A program made the translations under genes and the position numbers. Shown piece after piece: positions 21,001 through 28,046 of a DNA stretch of 64,000 nt. How positions within the stretch are numbered: the first letter of the stretch is position 1; the number at the start of each line of letters is the position of its first letter. Source of the stretch: Candidatus Onthoplasma faecipullorum (lineage in GTDB: Bacteria > Bacillota > Clostridia > Christensenellales > UBA1242); NCBI GenBank assembly GCA_019120295.1, contig DWVI01000004.1, forward strand, positions 166,758 through 230,757, in the 5' to 3' direction. The notes beneath the pieces were generated by a model. The model was given only the letters and a program-made list of their open reading frames with translations, was not told where the DNA came from and did not search any database.

Positions 21001-21617
21001 CTTTAGGATATTCTGTTTTGCCTCGCACAGTTGGAACAAGTTTGACTTATAATGGAGAAAGTTTTGCAATAACATCGGCTCAGAGAGAAAGCTTTAAGAA
21101 AATTTATAGTCAGGCAAACAAATATATCGAAAGTATGATCACGGATAGGTCTTTTGGTAAATTGACGGAAGAGCAACAAGCAAAGGCGTTAAAACAGGTT
21201 TATGATGCGTATTATTCAAAAGCTCTTTCTGATACATTGAACGTTGATGCAGAGACAAATCTTTATAAATATTCTCAATTTATCCCTATAAATAAACTAT
21301 CTATTGCATTAACGGGTATTTCAGGGATTGAATCTGATAAAACACTTCAAGGAACGACAATAAGTGGATCTAAAAAGAAAAAAGTGATTACTTATTTATT
21401 AGGACAAAACCTTACAGATGAGCAAAGGTTGCTGATATTATTGCTTCAGGGTTACACAATTCAAGATAGAGAATATAAAAACTATACAGAAGAGCAGGTA
21501 AAGAACAAATTGCTTAAATATATATTAGCTATGAAGATTACACAATCAGAAAAAGAAGATTTATTAAGCAAGATTGGCTATGAGGTTAAAAACGGCAGAG
21601 TGATTATAAACAGATAA
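12042..21617 (+). CDS. giant (3191 aa) multi-domain 'polyvalent' virion protein: Gly/Ala-rich hydrophobic N-terminal region, HExxH zincin, ParB/Srx-like motif, H-Y-E-type ADP-ribosyltransferase-like motifs, C-terminal TM segment
   Basis: A single uninterrupted ORF with RBS AAGGAG. Motifs: 'LLIHELTHVIY' (aa 731-735), 'VDHEGRHRMTALLNAG' (aa ~1094), 'VVYHGTGNN' and 'GQGFYFT' (aa 1206-1235), 'AMASTAAFMVGVAQLF' (aa ~2795). Confidence 0.7.
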   Translation: MATLSSIKQQFNTRTGAASLLTENQIQTAATRREEEEEAKKNNGGFFGGIGYVLEKIGLGFLSGIEGIWDYTAGGLAKLFGADDWAEQQFANDWVDYNHADEWYNPSDGWKVVGDVAGGIGTSLPAIAGVAAAGAITVASGGTLSPVAAGLISASVAGLGAAGRATKEAYEQTGELGGKEFGYGALVGITEGTVEGLSAGIGAGTGAVIKNITKSFGKEVAKSTARQTFTKTIFKSFVGEAFEEGLSEMLTPVWKRLTYDPNAKNATFQEIGYAALVGGLSGAIMGGFDVSVRNVGSYTRGNTIVNQSKADGVLSTAQQISEYETNNHTGYESFEAVQSLYNELQSSLTKTNGQISTMRQKMLVGMLERANTSATFTPFVARSAENIVNNAELIAQRLSSYGYTDANGNPITFTAEQIRNGVDVNKRGSFANALKNNDILRTLAVADATGQLTMDTAKFREATLMGQRLSSQADLNRFIETATDSELRAVSERLGIEDWQTITNEEFQNKITEFVENGGVETYRQESLIIKEAQSISLESAQRLGRVVRLTQDGTYRFRSANADIAIVKNGDSYRIFDYESGRLSNELTRAELNRVIREINNQNEQAASAVKEQLEQREQQENRYKIQAQEIDTFARENIKDYAKLNESNKSMVRAVIRQARASGIAEADVLSYARVSAHTGLNIIFSKRLCKVGTDSNGDLYADGYFDTNNNRIVVNPETKRTHEQLLIHELTHVIYRTQDGKLILERGVRNMSDAEKQSIIKRYSEAGRGKAIELMDEINAHYAEGMLTNKNLIEKLVADKPTIKDRIVNFFKRSTETYSEDTKLTKAAKSLFSRYKKLFDSFSAVNQQSNSVEVNNSASNRMALANDGENGYNNQKGVKNGEENAETTENQQTSRQTNVRDNRERRSLSVFNDNGTVRQLSEIIKDKPKEERIGNLFTEIYTKSVNETQDNLIWHAKNEDVKIYFAKSRGSGNVYYFDGENLIVNENITEKNLVDILNIEKPIQRNVDTNKVAHISNERWNRFIDFEPKTYLTRIPIQQFLDMTTENYVEQRQLNARSTQMSKKIAASDIKNTAGEFMYLKIDLKNNKVVDHEGRHRMTALLNAGNAYADVFVIPVNDVGADYYGNIEVTGQFNSNKYNLGLVRAQSKKFADSIERVFRIDDGNIRYALPETDSNGNALTDKQREYFSNSKVVDENGNLLVVYHGTGNNEFTIFDIKKSKATGMLGQGFYFTKNQEEASSKYAKRNGRVISAYLNLEKPLYVDLVHKSSIINKLRDEFGGKFDVDAYLYNARYRDRVDTSRMLSLIQQQGYDGIINKQKGYYVAFNSNQIKETTNIRPTLNNDIRYALDNSKDAKDLVAIHNTSEAKLLQSIELGGLAMPSIAIVRSDIGHEGFGNISLILKSDAIDPQKNYDNKVYSADAYSPRFPQIAYSFNGKELRALADKMDTSVSMLEANDFAEGNTRERMIDNLKNNEYFIKHYLKEFGIKAEIVYKPAEYSNAIYLKEDVKNFLLKDYSFEELMNSDKVQQELQNAVDKAKEKETREFKKNILQHSYEKLIRSLDDARNEKFIYDILEKDYNNDKLIAQGKAEQVVNAYETERKTKEKLNGDKQFNDYAKSSVDKVLDKKYLRNNKDYYTNSGNPRSFEALHDDYTAENAVRIMKEQGGKNSEGGNVFGFGIGEIRAALSKIYYSIEEMHQDEYRLQTITDESSKLYEECNDDLHNIASGLSERIKTGNFLEEHDIALNAIFDVISKTKTNEQAKRLIKRDYRLDITDTEITDIRKLADKVAELPVKYFEAKPERVVNFNEIVKAFVPINTNKRILDFLREQGIDVQIYSESTPTRAELIKTLSDDIRFALQTNENEDSRAIGGLSRGQRAKFVANNTHLKVYSKAEAAEVINSIIDERLVLEDKYGSLSGKSKAEVVDMLFRQLNSAKEGYRSSVALNIADYLIENTVLNDMYVYDNADAMNDLTVLRSYMHKVDLKSIWGEIQYKFDDKRNSIALVWGAREGGMAPDVIAQELNDRGIRIEAINEADCFFEMLEKYESLRKDVNQKAKEVMLRDYGSEEQIETLRQQIAKDILLAYDQKGTQSKYGRLVEKYTAQIESLRRQVKETRQQNILMNNIADRAQKLKDLKLGTFLNATQYKNDIFQNSIERLANIKYRGNFNATGTRRIMAELRQWYNKDNPVLADSYSEDVAYMIDTLSQGNRNYTTEELSMLRNVMSYFVNFVENYNKVYRQGKWIDAIPEAERYIDVLHRNKDVKLGIFNRLTSSTYYQTFGDPMAVARRMDMYENGFYTEMMSELRDAAVDAEIAEMEVKTPYKNFLDTHKKYLREIENTLVTYQGVEIPKTHLISLYMTLKREQAQAGLAQNGFAFIDNKKNKVRVKGFAPDVASDTDLLTRVVEEQAKIDKLLSNTDREYIAILESGYNQDAKKLKAERDMQRLGFTNATEDYYYPIRRGNIARNIDTSDIASELDRVSNASFNKDTVRGAKQELYIESADVVYNRHIKAVTKYAYLSPAIENYNRLYNVDISGNRNKPVSVATESANTWDKGNKYFSKLISDIQGIPSSSSEGMKLLGFIRGSYAKFQLGANPKTWVTQLSSLFASTSILDTNSVIRGLTISGKDVDTYCSLAKLRNADNTAAMAQGLLDKVGKVSNVLMAPIGKMDRFVIRKLFGACQVQVEKNGGAKVGTVANKTEAGKLLRRVILETQQNSIVTERSAAMRSGNEVLRTVTMFSADSMKAMARLVDSVGELTTLRAKLRATTDVELQNTLRKQIKTAQRKLRKSAMAMASTAAFMVGVAQLFNWLYNKDNDDEEDKAQALVVDFVGNLFGGLPLIRDIYTKFTEGYDIDSYSYSALNDLLNSAVDIFDLVENLVSGNSSSQEIASSIKKLSYAIGQAFGFPVRNIYNVLYGLTKRISPATAYKIDNTFYNKSYISDLNAAIENDDAEMITTIMSILLNERIGGEISDKVIERLNRLYSLGYSVLPRTVGTSLTYNGESFAITSAQRESFKKIYSQANKYIESMITDRSFGKLTEEQQAKALKQVYDAYYSKALSDTLNVDAETNLYKYSQFIPINKLSIALTGISGIESDKTLQGTTISGSKKKKVITYLLGQNLTDEQRLLILLLQGYTIQDREYKNYTEEQVKNKLLKYILAMKITQSEKEDLLSKIGYEVKNGRVIINR

Positions 21618-21629
21618 ATAGTGACTAAA
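21614..21629 (+). promoter_or_regulatory. 16-nt motif ATAAATAGTGACTAAA, copy 2
   Basis: Exact repeat of 5683-5698; overlaps the stop codon of the giant gene. Confidence 0.35.
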
Positions 21630-21672
21630 TGCAGTTTAATCTGTGTTATGATTTATGATAGGAGGAAGAGAG

Positions 21673-21837
21673 ATGCTTTTAATCGCTCCTACAATGGAAT
21701 CTGAAATCACTAAAATCGTTTGTCCTCACTGTAACGAAAAAGTTCCAAGAATAGGCATAAAAAAAGGCAGCAATATTCAAGGTTTGACTTTTAAATGCCG
21801 AAGATGTGGAAAATTATGGGAAGTAACAACTAAATAA
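21673..21837 (+). CDS. small zinc-ribbon protein (Mu Com-like architecture)
   Basis: ATG at 21673 after TAGGAGGAAG; 'CPHCNEK...CRRCGK' two CxxC pairs in 54 aa. Confidence 0.5.
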   Translation: MLLIAPTMESEITKIVCPHCNEKVPRIGIKKGSNIQGLTFKCRRCGKLWEVTTK

Positions 21838-21863
21838 TTACTCGTGCCAGTATCCATAGAGAT

Positions 21864-21910
21864 AGAGCCCTTACACACTTAAAATCAAGTGTTATAGGGC
21901 TCTTTTCTTT
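21864..21910 (+). terminator. rho-independent terminator (long interrupted hairpin plus T-run)
   Basis: AGAGCCC-T-TACACACTT-AAAATC-AAGTGTTA-T-AGGGCTCT followed by TTTCTTT. Confidence 0.7.
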
Positions 21911-21940
21911 ATAAAAAAATCTAAAAAAGGAGGAATTGCT

Positions 21941-22069
21941 ATGAAGTCTAACAAAGCGAACAACTTTGCTACTAACAAAGGCGGAATTATTAAGGCTCCA
22001 AAGCCAGTAAAAGACCAGCCTAAATCAACAGTAGTAAAAGGCAACGACCTTAGAAATGGTAGTAAATAA
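21941..22069 (+). CDS. small basic protein (42 aa); below the ORF-track size cut-off
   Basis: AAAGGAGG 7 nt upstream of the ATG. Translates as MKSNKANNFATNKGGIIKAPKPVKDQPKSTVVKGNDLRNGSK. First ORF after the terminator and ahead of the scaffold gene. Confidence 0.45.
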   Translation: MKSNKANNFATNKGGIIKAPKPVKDQPKSTVVKGNDLRNGSK

Positions 22070-22100
22070 TTTAAGTCTAAAATAGGAGGAGAAGACGATT

Positions 22101-22949
22101 ATGGACGAAAAAGACGAAAACAAACTTAATGAAGAGATAGATGAACCAGTTGAAGAATTGGACGAAAATACTGAATCAGAATCAAATTTTGATGACGAGG
22201 ATGAATTTGAATATGATGAGGACGGGAATATTATCATTCCTGATATTTCAGAAGATGAAGAAGTTGATGATGAGCCAGCTGAAGACGACGCTGAAAAACA
22301 AGATAGCGAGGAATCAAGTGATTCAGAAGAGCCACCAGCTGAAGCTCCTGCAGAAGAAACGCACAATGAGAAAGATGATAGAATTGCAAAGCTTGAGAAA
22401 GAATTAAGTTTGCTTAGGACTCAAGGCAAGGAAACTCTTTCAAAATTGGGGGTTGAGACTGATGATATTTTAGGCGGTTTGGAAAAATTGGCAGCAGAAG
22501 CAGACGATATTCCAGTTGAAGAATATCGGAAAAATAAAGCTGTTGCCGAGAGAGATAATGAAGCAAGAAAACTTTTACAAAAAGTCGAATTTGAAAAGAA
22601 AATGAAAGCAGACTTGCTTGAAGTGCAGGCGGCATATCCTGAGACAAAAAACCTAACTTCAATTGAACAAATTGAAAACTTTCCTAAGTTTGGAATGTTG
22701 AGAGACAAGGGCTTGTCTCCAAAGGAAGCTTATGCTGCAGCAAATGCTGATAGTATAAGAAAAAGTGTTGCAAGTGCAGTAAAACAACAATCTCTTAACG
22801 AGACAAAAAATCATCTAAAATCATCTGTTCCAAAAGGTTCTAAAGATAATTCAATAACAATGCCGAAAAGTGCATTGAAAGAATGGAAAGATTTATTTCC
22901 GCATCTAAGCGACAAAGAAATAGTCGCACTTTACAAAAAAACAATTTAA
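22101..22949 (+). CDS. scaffolding protein (putative)
   Basis: Extremely acidic D/E-rich N-terminus followed by coiled-coil sequence; located just upstream of the capsid genes. Confidence 0.55.
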   Translation: MDEKDENKLNEEIDEPVEELDENTESESNFDDEDEFEYDEDGNIIIPDISEDEEVDDEPAEDDAEKQDSEESSDSEEPPAEAPAEETHNEKDDRIAKLEKELSLLRTQGKETLSKLGVETDDILGGLEKLAAEADDIPVEEYRKNKAVAERDNEARKLLQKVEFEKKMKADLLEVQAAYPETKNLTSIEQIENFPKFGMLRDKGLSPKEAYAAANADSIRKSVASAVKQQSLNETKNHLKSSVPKGSKDNSITMPKSALKEWKDLFPHLSDKEIVALYKKTI

Positions 22950-22964
22950 AAAGGAGAAAAAAAT

Positions 22965-23363
22965 ATGTTTAAGCTTAGTAAAATTGAAAACGCAAGAATG
23001 AACGTGCCTGAGCCTGAATATTTGCCTGTAACAGCTTCTGAAGCTGTGTCAGAGGGCGAAGCTCTTGTTCTTTCTAATGGTGCACTTACAAAGTGCGGAG
23101 CAACTGCTACACCTACTTATATTGCTATGGGAAGCGTTGCAGCAGATGCAGAAGATAGAGAAATTGCTGTTTGCAGAGTCGAAGCAAATCAGGTATATGA
23201 GGTTCCAGTAACCGCAGCTCCAACTACACTTAAGGTTGGCGATAAGGTAACACTTCATACAGACGGTCTTCAAGTAACCGCCACCACAACAAGTGGAGTG
23301 GCAACAGTTGTTGCTCTTAATGGTGCTGCTGCAATTGGAGACTTGATTCAAGTAAGATTTTAA
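22965..23363 (+). CDS. small head protein (decoration or auxiliary capsid protein, putative)
   Basis: 132 aa, Ala/Val/Thr-rich and beta-like; lies between the scaffold and capsid ORFs. Confidence 0.35.
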   Translation: MFKLSKIENARMNVPEPEYLPVTASEAVSEGEALVLSNGALTKCGATATPTYIAMGSVAADAEDREIAVCRVEANQVYEVPVTAAPTTLKVGDKVTLHTDGLQVTATTTSGVATVVALNGAAAIGDLIQVRF

Positions 23364-23382
23364 TTTGGGAGGAAAATAAGAA

Positions 23383-24426
23383 ATGAGTAACTTTATTTAC
23401 AGCAAAATGTCAGGTAAAAACGATCCAATGTTTGGAAAGTTTGAACATCCTATTAAAGCTTTGATTGAAAACGAATCTAATGCTTGTGAAAAAAGAAAAG
23501 GTGTTTTGGACTTCTTGTATAACGTTGAAAAATCAAATAGATATGCTGAAACAATTATCGGCGAATCTGATTTCGATACTTTCCAAAGCGTTAAAGAGGG
23601 ACAAGGTGCCGAAAATGACAACGTTGAAACTACTTTCAAAAAGACAATTGAACATATTACTTTTATGAAAGAGTTTACTATTACAAAAGAAATGGCAGAC
23701 GATGCTAAATTCGGTATGGGAACAAATATGACGAATAAGCCAAAGAAATTTGTTCGTGCATACTACAAAACACGTAATAAGATTGCAGCTTGGGCTCTTA
23801 TTAACGGAACTAAAACAAGTGGCACATTTAACAAGGCTGTTGTTGATCTTGCTTGTCAAGACGGGTTGTCTTTGTTTAACAATGCACATACCTACGCAAC
23901 TGAGAAAATGAAAGGCAAAACTCAAACTAACTACTTCTATGGCGACCTTACAAGCACTGCTGCAAAACTTGAAGAAACAATGGGAGTTCTTGCAAACAAA
24001 CTTAGAAACTTCAAGGATGAAAATGGGGAGACAATGGAATATATTGCAGACGTAATTATTATTCCTTGCAACCGTCCAAAACTTGAAGCTATGGTTAAGA
24101 AAGTTGTTGGTTCTGAAAGGACTGTTGGAAGCGATTATAACGACATCAATACTCAATACGGTAACTGGACTGTTGTTGTTCTCGATGGTTGGGAAACAAC
24201 TGATGATCGCTTTATGATTATGTCTTCAGAGGCAAATGAAAACTTGCTTGGAAATATGTTCTACAACAGGGTTCCTCTTGATATTAGAAATAATATTGAC
24301 GACCATACTCGTAATTTCTATTGGAATGGTTATTGCCGTTTTGGTGTTGGCTTCAACACTTGGAAACATATTTTGCTTGCAGTGAATAGCTCTTCTGCAG
24401 TTACAGGAGCAACTAAAGTCGAATAA
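23383..24426 (+). CDS. major capsid protein (putative)
   Basis: 347 aa, strong RBS, position after the scaffold gene. No motif confirmation. Confidence 0.55.
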   Translation: MSNFIYSKMSGKNDPMFGKFEHPIKALIENESNACEKRKGVLDFLYNVEKSNRYAETIIGESDFDTFQSVKEGQGAENDNVETTFKKTIEHITFMKEFTITKEMADDAKFGMGTNMTNKPKKFVRAYYKTRNKIAAWALINGTKTSGTFNKAVVDLACQDGLSLFNNAHTYATEKMKGKTQTNYFYGDLTSTAAKLEETMGVLANKLRNFKDENGETMEYIADVIIIPCNRPKLEAMVKKVVGSERTVGSDYNDINTQYGNWTVVVLDGWETTDDRFMIMSSEANENLLGNMFYNRVPLDIRNNIDDHTRNFYWNGYCRFGVGFNTWKHILLAVNSSSAVTGATKVE

Positions 24427-24443
24427 ATCTAAAGGAGGATATT

Positions 24444-25358
24444 ATGACTATTTCTGAGCTTTATAAACAAGTCGCTCAGTTAGGGTTTGAAGACTCTTTA
24501 GAGGACGAAGATAGATTTTTCTATGCGGCAAATAGGGCTTTATTGCAGGTCAATAAAATTCGACCTGCAATAAGCTACTATCTTATAAATCATAAACCAA
24601 TAAATAATTTAGTGGAGGAAGACACTTTTACTCCAGTAGAAAAAGAAACAGAATTAACCTTTGAAGCAACTAACGCTAAGTCTTTTTATTTTGAAGCAGA
24701 CGGCAACGGAGTAGTTTATATTGAAAAATTCAATCAAGATTTGAATGAATGGAGCATTATAGGCTCTGTGGAGTTTTCTTCAACAAAGGCGTTTGTTGCT
24801 CATAAAGGTTTTATAAAAGATGGAACAGAATTTGTTGACGGCTTAGTGAGATTAAGATTCTCAGGTCAATACTTATATTCTGTTAAAAATGTTGCTTTAT
24901 ATGAATTTTTATATAGCGACAAAGAAGACGATATTCCAGCTTTGGAAGCATATACAAGATATGATTTAAGCAAATACGTTGAAGATTTTTTATGTTTCAG
25001 CATACCTCCAGTTCTAGAGGGAGAAAAAAATTGTATTCTTAACCAAGACTATGAAATAGAGGGCAATAGCACTATTCTTATTCCGAGAGACAAGAAAGGT
25101 GTTTATAAAATACTTTATGAACGCCGTCCAGAAAAAATTGAAGATGAGCAAGGTGCTGTTGATAGCGAAAAAGAGATTGATCTCGATGAAGAATTAAGCT
25201 CTTTAATGCCTATTTTAGTTGCGGGATATGTGTGGTGTGATGATGAGCCAACCAAAGCAGAATATTATATGAATTTATATAGAGAGCGGGTGGCGGATAT
25301 TGAAAGTCGAACGACATCCAATAAATCAGTAACAATTAAAAGTGTTAATGGGTGGTAA
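24444..25358 (+). CDS. virion structural protein (head-tail connector/adaptor candidate)
   Basis: Position and RBS AAAGGAGG only. Confidence 0.4.
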   Translation: MTISELYKQVAQLGFEDSLEDEDRFFYAANRALLQVNKIRPAISYYLINHKPINNLVEEDTFTPVEKETELTFEATNAKSFYFEADGNGVVYIEKFNQDLNEWSIIGSVEFSSTKAFVAHKGFIKDGTEFVDGLVRLRFSGQYLYSVKNVALYEFLYSDKEDDIPALEAYTRYDLSKYVEDFLCFSIPPVLEGEKNCILNQDYEIEGNSTILIPRDKKGVYKILYERRPEKIEDEQGAVDSEKEIDLDEELSSLMPILVAGYVWCDDEPTKAEYYMNLYRERVADIESRTTSNKSVTIKSVNGW

Positions 25359-25361
25359 AAT

Positions 25362-28031
25362 ATGGCTGCAACATATAAAACAACTAAAGACCTTTTGGAA
25401 AATAGAGATGTGTATAATCGTTATTATGGCAACTTCAGAGGGGTTGACTTTTCAAGCGATCACACACAAGTAAACGAACAAAGGTTAGCTTATGCAGTCA
25501 ATATGTATAGAGATTACCAGTCAGGACAAGGGCAAGCGTTAGAAACAATAGCAGGCTTTAGAAAGCGTGTAGTTTTGCCTGAAGAGGGAAATGTTTACGG
25601 CATTTTTGATTTTTCTCACAAAGACGAAAATAATAATGTTGTAAAAAAAGTTTTGATTCATTCAGGCAATAAATTGTATCTGTGGCATAACTATCCTAAC
25701 TCTATCAATGTTGTATTAAATACCACTATAACCGTGCCAGCTCCTACCTCAACAATTAACGGAACGCATACTTATAAACAAATTTTACCCGAGAATGTTG
25801 CTAAGGTTGTAAGTTTATCTAAGGCAAACGGAGAGGATCTGACTTTACTCTTAAGTTATAACGAAGAGACTCACGAACTAACTTATGCAAGTAGCAATTT
25901 GATTGAGGGAGAATCGCTGCATTTGTATTATAAGGAGGGCGTATTAAGTGTAGAAGACGCTCTATTTGACGAGATGAATACTCGTAAAAGTGCGTCTTTT
26001 ATTTTTAACAATAGACTATACATTATTGATGGAAAAAATTATTTGGTTTATGATGGTTTTAATCTAAAAGACGTGTTAGATAATGCCTATATCCCTACGA
26101 CTTATATAAATATAATTCCTGAGGGAGAAAATGCTGACATTGGAACAGAATACGAGCAAAGGAATATTTTAAGCCCGTATTTCAAAAGCACTTTTATAGC
26201 TGATGGAACAACAACAGAATTTCATTTAAACCAAAATATGCTTGATGATGTTACGGAAGTAAACGTTTATGGCGAAGTAAAGGTAAAAAACACAGATTTT
26301 ACAGTTGATCTTACAAACGGTGTTATAAAATTTACTTCTGCACCACCGAAACCTGAAAGCGTTGTTCAAATTATTGGTGGCGGCGGAGATTCTGACGTTT
26401 ATTATCCCGAAATGTATGCAGGCATAGAAATAACAGCAAAGAAAGCTTTTACAAGTGTGTCAGGTGTTACTGACGAAATGACGGATATATCAAAGCTTAT
26501 AACAAACTGCACAATAGTTGCAATTTATGATAATAGAGTGTTTTTATCAGGAAACCCTGATTATCCAAACCATATATTTTATAGCTCTATGAATACAACA
26601 GGATATGTAGATCCTACTTATTTTGGAGTTTTAAATTATATGCAGGACGGCGTTGGTATTGCTCCTATTACTGGAATGATGACTGTTGCAGATACACTGA
26701 TGGTTCTCAAAAACGATACACAACAAGATGGTTCCACTTACTTTCACACAGCTGTTGATACAGGCAACAATCTTCAACCTAAAGTCTATCCGTCATCTCA
26801 AGGCTTAAGTGGTATTGGTTGTTTAGGTGCTTGTGTAAATTTTCTTGACGATCCTATTTTTGTTTCACGTCTTGGCGTGGAGGCGGTAGGACAACTTTCC
26901 GTGAGATATGAGCGTGCAGTTGAGCATAGGTCAAGTCTTATAGATGCAAAAATTGTAAATATGGACTTAAGTTCTGCAGTTGTTGAAGAGTGGAACGGCT
27001 ATTTGCTCGTTTTAGTTGACGGGTGTATATTTTTAGCCGATAGTAGACAGAGATACACACACTCGATTGGTGTAAATCAGTATGAATGGTATTACTTGGA
27101 GAATATTGGAATTTATAAAAATCAATATTTGGAATACAGATATGCATCAAATATAGCTGAAGAGTTAGAAAATGCAAAAATACATTATTGTAGAAAGTGC
27201 AAAAAAGGACAAAACGAGTGTTCTTGTGGAGATGACGCTGAGATAGTTGAAGTTCCTATTACACTGGCTAAAGAAGTTTATTATATGGACGTCAACGAAA
27301 CAAGAGACCTTACAGGAGAAATTGTAAACGCTCCTGATGACAACGGGAAAGAATCTGCTAGAGTATTTAATGAGGGTGTAAATGTTGAGATAAATGGTCA
27401 GACATATACGCTTGGTGTTTACTACACAATTCACGAAGTTTACGATAAACTTACTGGAGAATTTGTAAAATATGAAGCTTATCTTTGTGAGGGAAAAGGC
27501 AACTATACAGGCGGACAGTTTAATAAGGCAATTGTTTTAAAAAATCTTTCTGATAACATATTTTTTGGAACAGAAAACGGAATAGTTTGCTCATTCAATT
27601 TTGACAAAAGAGATTCTTCAGGAGAAATTGGCTCGCAATGGTATACATTTGACGAGAGGACAATCTATTGTGGATGTGCAACAAAAATGGACTGTTGTGA
27701 TGTTCCTCATCTAACAAAAAACACGATTAAAAGGTCTACCGTAATAAAAACAAAATCTTTTAGAAATTCTGCAGTAAAGATTAAGGTTCGCACAAATAAA
27801 AACCCTTATAAGCAAATTGCAAGAATAAATAACGCACTATTCTCTTTTGAAGATATGGACTTCACTGACTTCACTTTTAACACAACGGAACAAAGCTTGT
27901 TTGCTGTCAAAGAAAAAGAAAAACAATGGGTAGAGAAACAATATTACATCTATTCAGATGAATATATGAAACCTTTTGCTTTATATTACGTTTCATTCAG
28001 ATACCAAATTATTGGGCGATTGAAAAATTAA
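25362..28031 (+). CDS. large tail structural protein (889 aa) with CxxC-x7-CxC knuckle
   Basis: Position. 'YCRKCKKGQNECSCG' resembles the portal insertion. Confidence 0.45.
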   Translation: MAATYKTTKDLLENRDVYNRYYGNFRGVDFSSDHTQVNEQRLAYAVNMYRDYQSGQGQALETIAGFRKRVVLPEEGNVYGIFDFSHKDENNNVVKKVLIHSGNKLYLWHNYPNSINVVLNTTITVPAPTSTINGTHTYKQILPENVAKVVSLSKANGEDLTLLLSYNEETHELTYASSNLIEGESLHLYYKEGVLSVEDALFDEMNTRKSASFIFNNRLYIIDGKNYLVYDGFNLKDVLDNAYIPTTYINIIPEGENADIGTEYEQRNILSPYFKSTFIADGTTTEFHLNQNMLDDVTEVNVYGEVKVKNTDFTVDLTNGVIKFTSAPPKPESVVQIIGGGGDSDVYYPEMYAGIEITAKKAFTSVSGVTDEMTDISKLITNCTIVAIYDNRVFLSGNPDYPNHIFYSSMNTTGYVDPTYFGVLNYMQDGVGIAPITGMMTVADTLMVLKNDTQQDGSTYFHTAVDTGNNLQPKVYPSSQGLSGIGCLGACVNFLDDPIFVSRLGVEAVGQLSVRYERAVEHRSSLIDAKIVNMDLSSAVVEEWNGYLLVLVDGCIFLADSRQRYTHSIGVNQYEWYYLENIGIYKNQYLEYRYASNIAEELENAKIHYCRKCKKGQNECSCGDDAEIVEVPITLAKEVYYMDVNETRDLTGEIVNAPDDNGKESARVFNEGVNVEINGQTYTLGVYYTIHEVYDKLTGEFVKYEAYLCEGKGNYTGGQFNKAIVLKNLSDNIFFGTENGIVCSFNFDKRDSSGEIGSQWYTFDERTIYCGCATKMDCCDVPHLTKNTIKRSTVIKTKSFRNSAVKIKVRTNKNPYKQIARINNALFSFEDMDFTDFTFNTTEQSLFAVKEKEKQWVEKQYYIYSDEYMKPFALYYVSFRYQIIGRLKN

Positions 28032-28046
28032 CTATAGGAGGATATT

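Noticed and set aside
12042-21617. Giant phage ORF as a tape-measure protein or as a crAss-type virion RNA polymerase
   Set aside because: There are no tail tube or chaperone genes nearby, and no DxDGD/DFDID-like polymerase motif was seen. The enzyme-like motifs (HExxH, YHGT/GFYFT) fit a polyvalent effector better. This remains unproven without profile searches.
22025-22407. Alternative-frame and antisense ORFs (22025-22366 minus, 22141-22407 plus) inside the scaffold gene
   Set aside because: These are low-complexity mirror translations of the GAA/GAT-rich acidic region. There are no RBSs.
23533-24156. 207-aa antisense ORF inside the capsid gene, with similar antisense ORFs in terL, the giant genes, rel and others
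   Set aside because: They are fully embedded antisense to well-supported genes, lack RBSs, and have Cys/Phe/Ser-rich composition typical of shadow frames.
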